Assembly: GCA_030704615.1 (NCBI GenBank)
Contig: CM060731.1
Span: 124,001-188,000, forward strand
From: Takakia lepidozioides
Taxonomy: Eukaryota > Plantae > Bryophyta
Direction: 5' to 3'
Length of the DNA: 64,000 nucleotides
In this document: positions 13,335-26,370 of the stretch, one piece after another
Position numbering within the stretch: the first letter of the stretch is position 1
Layout of the letters: every line of letters begins with the position of its first letter
Made by a program: the position numbers and the translations under genes
The notes under the pieces: model-generated
Databases searched by the model: none
What the model was told of the DNA's origin: nothing
What the model saw: the letters and a program-made list of their open reading frames with translations, nothing else

Positions 13335-13590
13335 AAGATGGTGAGAAAAGAGTTGATGAACAATATTGAATATGGGGTGGAGACAATTGTGTAGGCTCCC
13401 GAAGAGAGAGTAGCATTTGTATAAAGTCTTTTGTAGTGGAGAGGTCCAACGTGCCCAAAAAGGGGAGCGGATAGTGAACGGAATGGTGAGACAAGAGTTG
13501 ATGCTCAGTATTGAATATGGATTTGAAATGGAGATAATAACATTTGTGTAAAGCCTTTTGAAGTGGAGAGAACCGGCGTGCCCAAAGGGC
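13335..13590. repeat. Degenerate direct duplication (~130-150 bp unit) in a G-rich tract
   Basis: ATGGTGAGAxAAGAGTTGATG..xxTATTGAATATGG...CATTTGT.TAAAG.CTTTTG.AGTGGAGAG....CGTGCCCAAA occurs twice. Confidence 0.6.
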
Positions 13591-15390
13591 TTGAACTCGA
13601 GAGTGAGGAAGAGCCCATGCTTGGAGACAATTCTGTAAAACAGAGACTGGAGTTAGAAACGCGAGCAGATGAGGGTAAGTGCAATTTAGAGATGGGGCCC
13701 TTGGGCAGTGTCTGATTATATAACCGAGATGGAGAAGAAACGTTAATCAGGCCTTGTTTGGTGTTGGTGTGAGAGCAATTGCAGGAACGAAAATAAAGGG
13801 AGCTGAAGCAATGGAATCCAGTGGAATGAAGCAGAGGCAAACCAGGCCTGTTGGGTTTGGAGAAGCAAATTGGGTGTGCACCATAGGAAGGGAGTCTATA
13901 GGCTGCATGAACATGGGGTAGGCAGGGTTATAGTATAGTGAGGATGGGTCCTGCAGCACGGGGGGGGGGGGGGGGGGGTGTATAGAATAGAAAATGTGGG
14001 TGTAAAGAGGTTGTAGTGATCACCAGTATAGAGATTGTGCAATAATCTAGAAGAGCTTGGGAGATCTTGTACCTGAGTGGGTAGGTTGTGATAACCTGAG
14101 TGGTGACTGGCCACTAGCAACTTGCGTTGACAGTTGGTCCTAGTCAGTGAAGCATCTTAGAGGTGTGCATACGACGGACAGCTTACTGATGTGGTATCTC
14201 TTGGATCCGTGGGGGTGACTGGAACATAAAACAGGAGCCACAGAGAGTGGTGAGTACAGGCATAGGGTTAGGCAGGGGCGAATTGACAGGGCCGACATAA
14301 ATATTTGGGAGAGGGGGTGAGTGATCTCCCTTATAGCAAGTTGACTTGAGGGTAGTTGGAGGTAGAAATGGAAATGCTTCTGCTGCCACCATTCAAAATA
14401 CATTCTCCCCCACTGGACCCCACCGCCCACACACCATCGCCTCTCAATACCCTACTCACTACGCTCCCATATACAGACAGCCACTATGTCCTCCCCCATC
14501 TACAACTCAATGCTAATTCAGAAACCATACCCAACGATATGTTCATCCACACCCAAATTTCCCGGGGGGTTACGTGACTTAATACTCTCAATTGGTCTCA
14601 CCATAATCCAAATTAGTGACCATTTGCCTATTCATGAACCACAGTCGTGGCCAATACATCTGCTCTCATATATTCAGCCTCTCTACACCCCCCATGGCAA
14701 CATCTCTGCCAAAAGCGAATAACCCACACTGTCTGTCCCATCCCCTCATCACTTCCACCTACACCACATATCAATGCACCCTCTCAATCCGACTGCCTCC
14801 CCTTCACTGTGTCCAGCACTGGCCCCACACCCACCAAAGTCACATACACGTGACGCCCTCGGCCCCCACACCCCCAAATCAAAGCCCAGTCAATCCCACC
14901 CCACACAACCCCATGCATAGCCCCAAATGCTACACCCCACTCTATAATGGATGTACCAAGAATAAATCACGGGCAATTAAACCTACCTGCCACCTCCCAC
15001 CAATTATCAACAACCCAGATACATAACTGTGGTTACCTTCAAACTTCCCATAACAAGCCGCTCTCTCCCACTCCTGCCAATAAACGCCATGTCAGTTTAC
15101 ACATACTATTTATCTCTCTGCAGAAGTCATACACTCTCTCACTAGTTACACAATGCTAGCCTCCGCTTAATACCAAATCCCGCCCATTGGCATAGTACCT
15201 CCCCCCCACATCCCAGCCCTATGTCTGCTACCATAAAGTCACCTCCCCTCCAGCTCACACACTTAGCACATAAAACCCCAATGCACCCTGACGAATCATC
15301 ACTATCCCCCCAAAACCAAAACCCACACCATAATACCTCCCCACAACCCAGAATTACACAATCGCCCCTAAGACATAATTAACGGCCACT

Positions 15391-17408
15391 ATGAATTCGC
15401 TAAGCTGTCACCACCACCAGTATCAAAGCTATCACCCCAGTCTCTTCCCTGTATATTGCTTGCCGTCACCTTTCGCTGCACAATGCACCCCCCCCCCTCT
15501 CTTGCTGCTCCTTGTCCGCAACATTTTTGCGTGTCCCCAGCTTCTCACTTCCTGCCCTCACCCAATCCCCCATAGAGTAACCCTCTGTCTGCCTGCCTTG
15601 CCTCTGTTGCACACCACGATTGACCATCCCATTCGCATGTCTAGTTCAAGGTTAGGTAGCATCCAGAAGGGAGCAGGTAGCATTCAAAAACAACCCCGCT
15701 CCAGGACTAGTATAGAAACCCGTAGCAAAAAGCCAAGTACCCGCTCACAATCTACCCCTCGATCTGTCCCACAGGTACAAACACAGGAACACAAGATGGA
15801 TGGTGAAAACGGCATGGATTGTCAACACGATGGCGATATGGATGCCAGTGATATGCATCCTTCATACGAGCAATATTTTGCAGACGACAATGCATATCAC
15901 ACCAGCTCATCGCAGAGCCCATCAAAGCCCACCAACAAGGTACACACCGGCTTTGCACAAAGCCCGTCAAAAACCATCAACAAGCTACCACCTGGCGGCA
16001 TGTCGACCTCGCCCCCACCATTAAGAACACCTGAGCAGCAGTATGCTCCTCAACCAACTACTCTTACCTAGCAGCGGAGCTGCTGACACTCCATTCAGGC
16101 GCCAAACGCAACTCCAACGAATTTGACAGTGAGGCTGACAGCAGCCACTCCGACCCCAAAAAAACCAGAGGACTCATCGCACAGGGCCATCTTCAATTAG
16201 CAGACACTTCCAACTCCCCTGGCACCCCTCAACTAGCGATTGACGCGGCTCTACCCCTTATAGAAGAAGACCGTTATACCTCCAACTCTACCCACTGACG
16301 TAGGTGCCCAATGGTACGCAAGTTGATCCAATCTCTGGCCTCCCCACCTTGCCCCCACACATTATGATTCATTTTGACAGGGACACTGACATGCCCAAAG
16401 AACCCTTTACAGGGCGCGAAAGCGTTTCGAGGAAATGGGCATTCCACTTGGAAAGGTCCTGTATACGCCAATCATAGCTTACACCAAACACGGAAGCTAA
16501 TACTGGAACGGGCTTCTCAAAGTTGAACTGCTCAGGCCAGCCACCGATGGCTTAGCACTGCTCCAAGGCAACCGGGCTTTTGTGATGACAATGGCTTCTG
16601 GTGTTCCACTACGAGGCAAAATAGAGAAGGCTTTCGAACTGTCTCCCCCACTGACCATCTCTCTCTCTCCATATGGCGAGCGAGTCCCTACTAGGCATAA
16701 TTGGGAGCAACTTGACCACTCACCTCATCATAGAAACTTACTTCCATGGCGACGAGTTTGATGTCTACAAAAGCGACTTCAGAGACGGAGTTCTGCTTCA
16801 TTTACCTGGCTGCCGAAGATTCCAAGCAGTGGATGTTGGTACACGGGGTGAGGGTCAATCATACACTCATCAAGCCACAGGTCCGCACCCGTAAAACCAG
16901 CATGACTGGCATCTCCGCAACACCCCAAGAGATTGTCGCTGAACGAGATGCCCTCACATTGGTAGCAAGAAACCTCAATCCATTGCACTCTCAGGCAGCC
17001 ACAGAAACTGCCCTCCACGGCATCTTTGGCAAAGACAACGACGTTCAAATTCACTTCGGCAAGAATGCCAGGTCTGAGAAGACCAAGCACACAGGCCTGG
17101 CCCTCATCACTTGCAGGAACCCCAGTATCTACACACAATGGTGTAACTGGCCACCCATCCTGGTAATTGACAAGTACATACACTTCGAACCACATATCAA
17201 CAGCTTGAACAGAGCCACTCCCCCAGCTGCCGAAATACTCGAGCGACTGGGAGTTGCCAATATCAACCAGGCCCTTGCCGACACTGTTCAATCTATCAAC
17301 TTCAAGACGACCTCAAACCAAAAACAGAGACACGACTCACTGATGGCAGGAAATCGGACAACGACCGGCTGTTCATGCCATCTCCATCAAGACGGATATC
17401 AAAGATGA
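15391..17408 (+). pseudogene. Decayed ORF1-like (RRM-like) coding region, probably from a non-LTR retroelement
   Basis: Strong C/A strand skew. A disordered N-terminal ORF (15391-16071) is followed by frameshifted segments WNGLLKVELLRPATDGLALLQGNRAFVM...GKIEKAFEL and the ORF at 16746-17408 with an RRM-like pattern (TLVARNL...GIFGKDNDVQIHF...HTGLALITCRNPSIY...KYIHFEPH). Family assignment is inference. Confidence 0.4.
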
Positions 17409-17409
17409 T

Positions 17410-17692
17410 CTAGTGGCCATGAAAACTAGGGTCTCCATTAGCATGGCCTCCATGTCTCAAGTGAGGCTCGACACCTCATTTGACATGTGAGACCAAATGA
17501 AGTCCCAACACACAAAATATAAATATAAATATCTAAAATGTCATAAGTTAACTAGAAGTAGGTAATACTAGATAAAGTGACTAAAACCATGAGAGCTTGC
17601 GGCACCTAAGCATCGTGCCACAACATACATCGCTGTCCACCACACAATCTAAGCACATGATCCTAGAAAGCTATACCACAATTGCCCCCCTA
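17410..17692 (-). mobile_element. PPT and truncated 3' LTR of the DNMT-carrying gypsy element
   Basis: On the minus strand, AGGGGGGCAAT (17691-17681) is immediately followed by TGTGGTATAG. The sequence is continuous with the PHD end of pol once the CACTA insertion and its TSD are removed. 17451-17592 is closely similar to 34861-35010. Confidence 0.65.
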
Positions 17693-18949
17693 GCTGGTGG
17701 TATCACTGTCCCTATGGTACTCAAACTCTATAGACCAAGAGCAAGGTACAAGGCAACCCCATCGTAGTCGTCGTCTTGCATCTGTGAACTTGAGTCAGGA
17801 TCTCGTGTGTGGGTCTCCTAGTAGCTTGGCCTCACTAGAAGCATTCGTGTCATTTACCACTGGGGTAACGACTCATTTTGAGTCGTAAAAGTCAAAAAAC
17901 TGGGATCGACTGGAATGAAGTTACAACAGACTAGTTACAACAGACGTGGTAGTTGGGTTGGACATCCAATGATTGGAGTGGTAAAGGACGCAGACGTGCG
18001 AACAACTGCTCAGCGATTAATGCGATTAATGCTGAAGAACCACGTGGCGTAACCAGGCGGGCTGCCCTGTGTCTGACCTTTTGGCTGACTTTGACTTTTC
18101 CTTCCGTTGAGTGGACTGACTCACCCGGGGCGCGGTGACACATGGACGCGGACATGGATGCGGACGTGGATACCGATGTGGCGGCGCCGCGACGAGCGGC
18201 AATGCTGCCGCGTGGCCACGGGCCCAACGCCACATCGCAATCGGCCCCATCACTTGGAGTGCTGCATATGACGTCGCAACAGCCACTAGCGAAGTCAACT
18301 GCACACTTCCGGCAGACGAATCCACGGGGACCACAGTGTGTGGTGACGCGTGGCGTCGTCCCCACGCAATGGCATTGACGGGTACGACTGCTAGTGGAAA
18401 GACGTAGAGTGTTTGTGCCATCTCGGGACTGCTTTGGCCAACTCCGCCTGCCACTGTGCTAGTTGGTTGCACTACAATAGGAAAGCACGAAAAATGAGCA
18501 CTTGTAGTGGTTTTGTGTGAGTTCCAACTAACCTGCATTCTAAGCTGAAAATATGGTTCTGATGCATTCTACTGGTTTTAGTGGTTCACCCATATGCAGG
18601 GGGAATTGAGAAGCATGATACTGGGCGAGACTGAGAACACAGACCACGATGCATGCACAACATCACGCTAATGACCAAATAGACGATGCAACAGGGAGAC
18701 CAAAGACCATCACACATACACATAAGGTGGACGGACACGACGACAAGTCAAGAAATGTGATATTACATTCAAATTAGAGACCGTCACGGCACACCTGCAT
18801 ATGAGCAAGACTAAATGCCAACATACATGTTTGCCGGACATCACTTAAACTGTCATGGCCCAAATGTTCAAAACTGGTAACGTGAGTATCATACACACTT
18901 CTATGAGTATCATTAACACCCAACAGGGACTACAAACATGAAATTTCAC

Positions 18950-19226
18950 TTGATACTTTCACCTTTCCTCATACTCTTCTCTGGCCACAGAGTCACCGTG
19001 TTTTTCACGTGCGCTAGTGTGGTCTGGGGGGGGGCATCGTCTACATTTGGGCAAGGCAATGTAACACTTGAAGCATGATCTCGTGGACTTTCACCTTGTA
19101 CCACCCGGATCGAATGTCCTTGCAGTGGAACTTGTCAACCCCGGCTATTCCCACCACTTCTGCCTTGGCGGCGGCTGTCTTTGACCGCTTGTCATGGGGG
19201 TTCAGGAGAAACACAGGATCTGATAT
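18950..19226 (-). pseudogene. En/Spm TnpA-type C-terminal domain exon (Transposase_23-like), frameshifted
   Basis: After a CTGCAG acceptor: VFLLNPHDKRSKTAAAKAEVVGIAGVDKFHCKDIRSGWYKVKVHEIM...PNVDDAPPQTTLAHVKNTVTLWPEK, which fits the V-A-x-G...H...W-Y-K-V...P...T...W-P pattern. Confidence 0.6.
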
Positions 19227-20084
19227 CTGCAGACACCAACATCAGGGTCCACTCAGCAACAAACATAGCAATGACAGATGAAAGTCAAGCGCAGCTGGGC
19301 ATGGAAACGATCTTGGTTGCCACAATACTGAATCAGCAGCCAATTCACGGTGTACCAACGTACCTTGAAGCCAAGCTCGTCGCTAAGGGTGGCAACTGAG
19401 GAAAGCTGCCCACGTGTCTTCAACTGCAGCAGCAAAAAGAGGTTTAGTCAGACGGATAGAATAACATGAACTCTGGTGGTTGCAATGGTATAAACACACC
19501 TCCACGGAGCAAGCTAACAAACATCCTGCTCAGACCCTAGCACTACAACTTCCTGGCAAAAATAACCCTACTAAAACCAGCCAGGCAAAGCAAGGAGCCA
19601 TGAATGCCATGCCTGGGGAACCACGTCCTGCTCGATGATGGTGCCGGGGACAACCACTCCTCTTGCTCACCTGCAATGATAACATTGCAACGCTTCAGGA
19701 AGTGTATCCATAAAGGAAACCAACCAAGTAAGTTTGCGGAGAGGGCTGGGAACAACCATACCTTGGGCGCTGCCTTCCTCATGCCGGGGGGGGAATCCGG
19801 AATGCTGCCGCCGTAGCACTATGGTCGTAGGCGCAGGACCCACCTTCTTCACATTCGACCCCACTGCCACTCCCTGTACATGTGGTCCCTGCAAAACATA
19901 TAGTGCCAGCCTTGCGTGAGAGGGCATCCGGGGGGAACAAAACAAACATGGACTTTGGCTTCGATGTCATGTTGCAAATAGTAAGGTTAGTTTCACCTGC
20001 ATGGGCACAGAAGTACTTCCCCCAACAACCCCATCCTCTCCCACATTCAAGCTGCCAGTCGGGGTCAGCTTCCTTGTGCTTGTG

Positions 20085-20490
20085 AAGACACGCACATCCT
20101 TGGGGCAAAACAAATCTTGGCAGTAGGGCCAGACTGTTTCTAAAAGGTAGTCTGAATCGGGCCCCTCACTGACATTGCCAGTGACATCAAACGACAATGG
20201 ATGGACCATGTTCAAAGGGGAGTTCCCCCTCCCCTTGTGTGGTGAATCATCCACTAGGAGGGTGTTGGATTCGTTAAATCCAGAAAATTCCGACCACACC
20301 CTCGACAGTCTCTTCTGTAAGTTCTGTACGGCAGGCCCTTTTGTGGGGTGTGGCTCTGTCAAGGGGTCACACTCCTCTTGTGACCACACAAAGAGGGGAG
20401 AACCCTTGACCCCCTGCATGACCACTTTGAAGATGTCTGCAACATTCCCCTTGGAAGCACAGGACCATATCCCAACGTAGAAATACCCTG
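20085..20490 (-). pseudogene. FCP1/NIF (HAD-family CTD-phosphatase-like) domain, 5'-truncated, inside the CACTA
   Basis: FYVGIWSCAS...PLFVWSQEECD...KRLSRVWSEFSGFNESNTLLVDDSPHKGRGNSPLNMVHPLSF...DSDYLL is the NIF signature. The N-terminal DxDxT motif is missing because of the junction at ~20490. Confidence 0.8.
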
Positions 20491-20512
20491 GGAGGACATT
20501 TGGCATTTCAGA

Positions 20513-22429
20513 ACCTCTTGCAGCGGTACCTCCTGGACCCCATGCATTGTAAGAAGAACTTCTGCGAGAACATTCTGAAGACTATCTTTGGGGAGAAGGA
20601 TATGATAAACGTACGAAAGGACATGGAGATTGAAGGGATACGGTCACATCTGTGGCTAACGCCTGATCCAAATAGACCAGGCAAAGTGCTCATGCCAGCA
20701 GCATCATACGTCCTGACCAAATCAGAGCAAGAGGATTTTTTGAAGACATTGGGAGCCATGAAAGTGCCAACCGGATTCTCGGGTGCTTTCCAAAAGCATG
20801 CCATAAACAAGAAATGGTCGGGGATGAAGTCACATGATCTACACGTGATGATGCAACAGATTTTGCCAGTGTGCATTCGGGGTACAATGGCGCCAGGTCC
20901 TCGAACAGCCATAATGCGTGTAAGTCGAGTGTTTAGGAAGATTTGTGCGAAGGTTGTGGGATCCGAGGGACATTACATCGTTGCATGAGGATGTGGCTAT
21001 GACCCTATGTTTGCTGGAGAAAGAATTCCCTCCATCATTCTTTGACGTCATGATGCACTTGCTAGTGCATCTTGTAGAGGAGTTGCATGTGTGTGGGCCC
21101 GTAGCCAGCCGGTGGATGTACCCCATGGAGAGGTACATGAAGGATCTAAAGGGGTATGTACGCAACATGGCACGGCCAGAGGGGAGTATGGCGGAGGGCT
21201 ACATCCGTGACGAAGCCCTGGGCTTCATGACAGAGTATATGTCTTCATTTGATGCATACAACGACGGGTGTGGGACGAGAACGAGGAAGAAGGAGTTGTA
21301 GGCGAGGTCCTAGAAGGTGGTGGAACAAAGCGTGTCATGAGCCCGCGCCTTCGGGATGTGGCACATGATTATGTGCTGAACAACACAACAACCATGACAC
21401 CATGGAGACAGTGGGTGCCAACTTACATCCCTCATGTGTTATTCTTAATGGTCTTTGTATGCTGGAATTACATATATATTGTCACAAGTCATTCCGGCCA
21501 CTATGGGAGTGGGATCGTGTACTAACAGGGTGCTTCAGACGACTATAGAGGGTGTTTCGTAGATCTTGGTTGTTGCTTGCAAGTGATTATGAAGTAGGCT
21601 GCATCACTACAGTGTGCTTGAAAGGACACACACTCTGCATGTGGCATGCATGTACAGCACGGTGTTGGTCAGGGGGACTGAGTTGCAGCTTCTATTTGGT
21701 TTCTGCCAGAAAGTACGCAGCGGAGAAGGTCTGCCTGAAAACGGAACGGAGTGCATTTGCAAAAGCATGGCGGAGGGGCGGTCGTAGGCGCAGATCCCCG
21801 GTGGAGTACCCCACAACAATGGAGGAGCTGCAGCCCTTTACAGTGTGGGTCAGATCTGCAATTGCAGTGTACGCATCAGAGAACGAGGACCCAGATGAGG
21901 GCATGGTGAGTCTGTCATTCCCCCCAGGGCTGATTGCCACTTCGTACCGGTCAATGAAAGCATATGGCAATCACTATAGAGTGGATGATGCCAACACCAG
22001 CCTCCTGGTGACTTATGACAGCGGAGTGGCATCATTTTTGAACAAGAGAGTAGGAGCTGTGCACGAGATCAGAATCCAATTTCATGCCATGTGCAATATG
22101 TAGGAGTGATCAAAGAGATCCTTAAACTAGACTATGGTCTTGTGAAGCCAATTCCATTCCGTTGTTCTTGGGTAAAAGCCAATATGGTAGGAGAGAATGC
22201 CACCATGAAACGGGATGAGTACGGGTTCTTCCTTGCTGATTTCAGAAAAATGCTACCACAAGATGAAGAGCCATTCATCTTCCCATCGCAAGTTGAGCAA
22301 GTTTTCTTTTCAGATGACACCCATGCGCCGGGATGGAAGGTGGTTCTTCACAAGGACCCCTGGGCCAAACGAGTCGTGGCCGACGTCCATGATCTGGACC
22401 TAGGGAGAATGCCGACCACGAGGGTCTGA
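20513..22429 (+). pseudogene. C-terminal half of CACTA TnpD transposase (DUF4218/DUF4216-type regions), frameshifted, with introns
   Basis: LLDPMHCKKNFCENIL, GMKSHDLHVMMQQILPV, LEKEFPPSFFDVMMHLLVHLVEE..CGPVASRWMYPMERYMKDLKGYVRNMARPEGSMAEGY, YVGVIKEILKLDY..FRCSWV, EPFIFPSQVEQVFFSDD..GWKVV. Confidence 0.92.
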
Positions 22430-23418
22430 GGGAACCACGAAATCTACCAGATACGGCCGAACCAGTCTCTTTGGAAGGAGCAGTTACCTTTAATGAGGAA
22501 GACATTCCAGGGTTGGTAATTACCACAAGGCAAATTGCAGATGTGGGTAGTGAAGGGGAAGATTATTTGGATATAGATAGTGAGCCCAGCTGAATCTCAG
22601 TGTCCAATAAGCCAGCAGCTCATAGACGAGAGCTATGCTAAGGACTCTTACTGTCCTTAGAACCCATTTTGTACAGTCCTGCAAGCGCGCAAGGGCGAGA
22701 CAGTTAATAGTATCGATAATGTCCCGGTATGTGGTCCGTACTGTCTTGTGAACAAACCTTTTTTTGTTTTGCCAATATTGTTTCTGACATGTGAGGAGAG
22801 GATCGTCTTCATGTACGGGAAGTAGACGTGAATGTGTGCATGCATTTTCTGGCCCAGCTGCATGCTTTCCAGGAACAAAGACCAGTGGAATGGGGGGTGT
22901 CTCCAAAGGAGCAGGACCGAACGACACCTTTTTGTGCTTCCCTTGCTTTCCTTCTCACCGTTGTTGCATTCTCCCACCTGCCCAATAGCAGCACTCTCGA
23001 AGCAATAGCATGACATATGTTGCAACATGGTCTTCTTCACCAGCGAATGAGCTTTTTTGCTACATGTATTGCCACGTCCACATTAACGTTGATCCCTGCA
23101 AGCACTTGGCAAGACACCCTAGAGCCGCAAATCCAGCAACCACCACAAACACATCTAACTGATTGTAGTGACACGGGAATAGCTCACTTGTACAGGAAGT
23201 GAACCTCCAGCCAAATGAATGGCTCTGCCCCTTGTAGCACAAGTGCGATGCAAAAACAAGGTGAGTACAAAATGAAGAAGCACTTACGAGGTCCCCATCC
23301 CTCGGATGGGCTCCCACTTGTGCTCTGGAACTGTGCAGGCCTGACTAGCACCAAATTGCATGAATCCTAAGCCTGAATGTCAAATGCAGGTTTATGTCGC
23401 GATGCAGCACGCCATCAT

Positions 23419-24290
23419 CTAACCTGTAGTTTCCAGTTTCACTGGTGTCACAACTGCCTTCAAGTCAACATCAAAATTAAGTCCACCTATGCGCAAATTG
23501 CAGAATGTCTCATGACACCATCTGCCGCCGCTGGTTGGCATGATATGATTGTAGTTCACAACCTTAATGAACGCTTTCAGCCTTGACCTCTTTGCGATCT
23601 TCTTCTGTGACTGCTTCTTCATAATTTATGAAAGGGAAAAGCAGCTACACATCAAATTCTTGCAAGTACAGGGGGGTACTCAGGCCTCCTTGGGAGAAAG
23701 AGTGCCATAAACACAGACACATCCTTAAATGTAAAAATTGGAGAAGCGAACGTCTGGTGGCAATAACTGCCTAAACCAGAATTATACTCCATTCCAGCGC
23801 ACATGTAAAAGGTCGGATGATAACTCGGAATCCCAGTTGGAGATAATGAGACGAATACATGACTATCTTGCGAGTTTCAACTTTCTTGGAGGTAGTTTCC
23901 AGTTTCTCTGGTGTCACAACTGCCTTCAAGCTGGGTTTAGAGGAATTAAGTCCCACTCGCAAATGCAGAATGTCTTCCTCATCTGCGTGGGCAAAATGGG
24001 GTTTGGCATGATATGATTGTAGTTCACAACCAAAGGGCATATTCTTCAGCCTTGACGTCTTTGCGATCTTCTTCTGTGATGCTTTCTGCATAACTTGTGA
24101 AATGGAAAAGCAGCTACACATCAAATTATTGCGATGCCACTCAATGGCACTATGAACGTTTCGAGCATGCTGTCAGAAAACTAGACGGGCAAAAACCCAA
24201 TTCAGCAGCCTCACCTTGCGTGGATACTTGGGAATTGATGTCAGAAGGGCATGCCCGTATGCGCGCTCCATCGTGCCTCCATCCAGCACA
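23419..24290 (-). pseudogene. RPL27: Two tandem captured fragments of 60S ribosomal protein L27 (eL27) inside the CACTA
   Basis: Copy A: DGGTMERAYGHALLTSIPKYPRK (24290-24212), [25 protein letters not shown] (24097-24005), LKAVVTPEKLETTSKKVETRK (23930-23865). Copy B: [30 protein letters not shown] and [17 protein letters not shown] (23622-23425). Confidence 0.85.
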
Positions 24291-24950
24291 TTCTGTAAAT
24301 GATGAATGACCAAGACCCCGATGTCACACCGTTCTGAGAAGCCACTACGCGCGCTCACAGTATACGAAGGCCTTGCCGTGTCAGGATTTCCATTCCCACG
24401 TCCCGCCATGTCCGACGCAGCACTTGCATCCTTGTCTCTGCCAGGTGGAGGCAGCACGTATTAAAATATCTATTCCCCCAAGGCAACATTTTGTTTACCT
24501 CTTTTTGTGAAAGCCATGTCAGCAAATGTGCTGCCGAGTCATGGGTGCAATGAATGCACAGTGGTTCATGGAGTCGTTGAGTCGACTACATATTCACTTT
24601 AATGAATAAATATCTTTATTCCATTAATCGAATTAGGAAAGAAAAATTGTAGTCGCATGTGCAGTAATTACAACCACTTGTAATTTTGGCTTTTTCAAAT
24701 TTTATGTATTTACGCAATTCGTAAAATAGCTCGGAATTCTGCTACGACTCCGGAGTCGTTGACCCCATTTCTGTCCGTCGTCTGAAATGCCCCCGTGGGC
24801 CCACATTGTCTGTTTTGACTCTGCAGTAGTCCCGTTTACTACCAAGTGGTTCCCGGAGTGGTCGCGGACATGCAGTCGAATCGGAAAAGACACGAATGCT
24901 TCTAGTGCCTTGCATTTCTTGTTAGCCTTCCATGGTTGTATCCACTCCCA

Positions 24951-25097
24951 CTATCCAATGCAATGCGGACATAACCAATCCCCATCAGGAACCATCTCAA
25001 GAAGTGGAGTCAAGCATCACATATGCCAACCTCTAGAGCATTGATCACACACCAGCATGGTGGCTTCCCCTCTAGCAGACCCACACAACATGCACCT
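24951..25097 (-). pseudogene. PHD finger (C4HC3) at the C-terminus of the gypsy integrase
   Basis: One frame reads CMLCGSARGEATMLVCDQCSRGWHM*CLTPLLEMVPDGDWLCPHCIG*, with a single internal TGA. Confidence 0.88.
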
Positions 25098-26370
25098 CAA
25101 ACTTGCAGGTACCACTGCCAGGTTTGGGTCAACCCTTCCATCAACATTTGGAAGGTGACATGGCGCGCAATTACGCACATGGTCCTTCCAAATCATGCCA
25201 TCCCGACCCTCAAAGATCAGGACTCCTGAGGGCAACACCTCTCGAACCCTCAAAATAGTACATCCTGCAGTCACATCCAAGGTCGTAGGAACAATCTGCT
25301 GCAGATAAACATAGTCACCAGGATTAAATCTCCGAACCCCAGGACGATAGCCCCCACCACGTATGATAGCATACCTCAACGTATCACGATATTGTGCAAT
25401 GGCAAGGTTCTCGAAAGCCATGGGCATGACTTTCTTGAACAACTCTGCACGCTGATCACATGCACGTGCCCATGTCCGGATCGTCAAGGTTGAGAACTGT
25501 AGCAGCTTCTCTACGAATGGATGCATGCAAATCCGGCTCTCGGCCAAAGAGAAGAAAATATGGTGAGAAGGAGGCAAGTGATGGCTTGCTGAACATGTAG
25601 CCCATGGCTAACCAAGGTAACTGAAGGTCCCAATCTCCTAGGTGTCCCTTCTGCAAGCCATACTTGCGCAAACCCCTCTTCACTGTCTGAACAACCCTCT
25701 CTGCCAAGCCATCTGCCTCAGGATGATCCCAAGAAGTGGTGCGGTGGTCTACCAAGGCCTTGTCACACAATGCCTGAAACTCCCCCAAGAACTCTCTCCC
25801 TTGGTCCGTGAGTACCTCAGCTGGAGCACCGAATCGGCTAAGTACACAATCCAAGAATGCATACGCAGCTCCCTCACTAGCCTTATCAGGCAATGGAACC
25901 AACTCGATCCATTTGGAGAAGTGCTCCACCATCACCAACACGTACTTGTTGTGGCGCATGGTCAGTGGCAACGGCCCTGCGAAGTCAAGACTCCACCTGT
26001 AGCCCAATCCCATGATCGAAAGAGGGTGCAATTGTGGAGTAGGGGCGTTGAATGAAGCACGCACCCTGTCACATACCATGCACCTAGCCACAAATTGTTG
26101 CACCTTTGTGTGCATACCACGCCACCAATACTGCCCCTGCAGTAGACTATGAGTGCGTCGCACCCAAAAATGCCCCAACTCCTCATGGGCATGCCGCACT
26201 AACCGTGCCCGCTGTGTTGGGTGAGGCACAATCCTCACTCGACCTTCCTCCCACACTCGGAGCAGGTGTATCCCCTCCCACTTGAACCTCTTGGCTCGTT
26301 GTAGGATCCGATCCCTCTCTTTGGCAGTCACAGTGGCTGTCGTGTCTCCAGTGCAGAGGTAGTCCAACAC
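25098..26370 (-). pseudogene. Ty3/gypsy integrase (HHCC zinc finger + DDE core), frameshifted
   Basis: HEELGH...YWWRGM...CMVC, WSLDFAGPLP, LVMVEHFSKW, FGAPAEVLTDQGREF, HPEADGLAERVVQTVK, SPYFLLFGREP. Confidence 0.93.

Larger units (their letters stand above)
17833..24907. mobile_element. CACTA/En-Spm DNA transposon with both termini intact (7075 bp), internally deleted and non-autonomous
   Basis: Perfect 19-bp TIRs CACTAGAAGCATTCGTGTC (17833-17851) / GACACGAATGCTTCTAGTG (24889-24907), 3-bp TSD CCT (17830-17832; 24908-24910), subterminal GAGTCG/CGACTC repeats, and TnpD remnants inside. Confidence 0.96.

Noticed and set aside
23419-24290. Functional RPL27 gene
   Set aside because: Fragmented, frameshifted, duplicated, lacks both termini and lies inside a CACTA.
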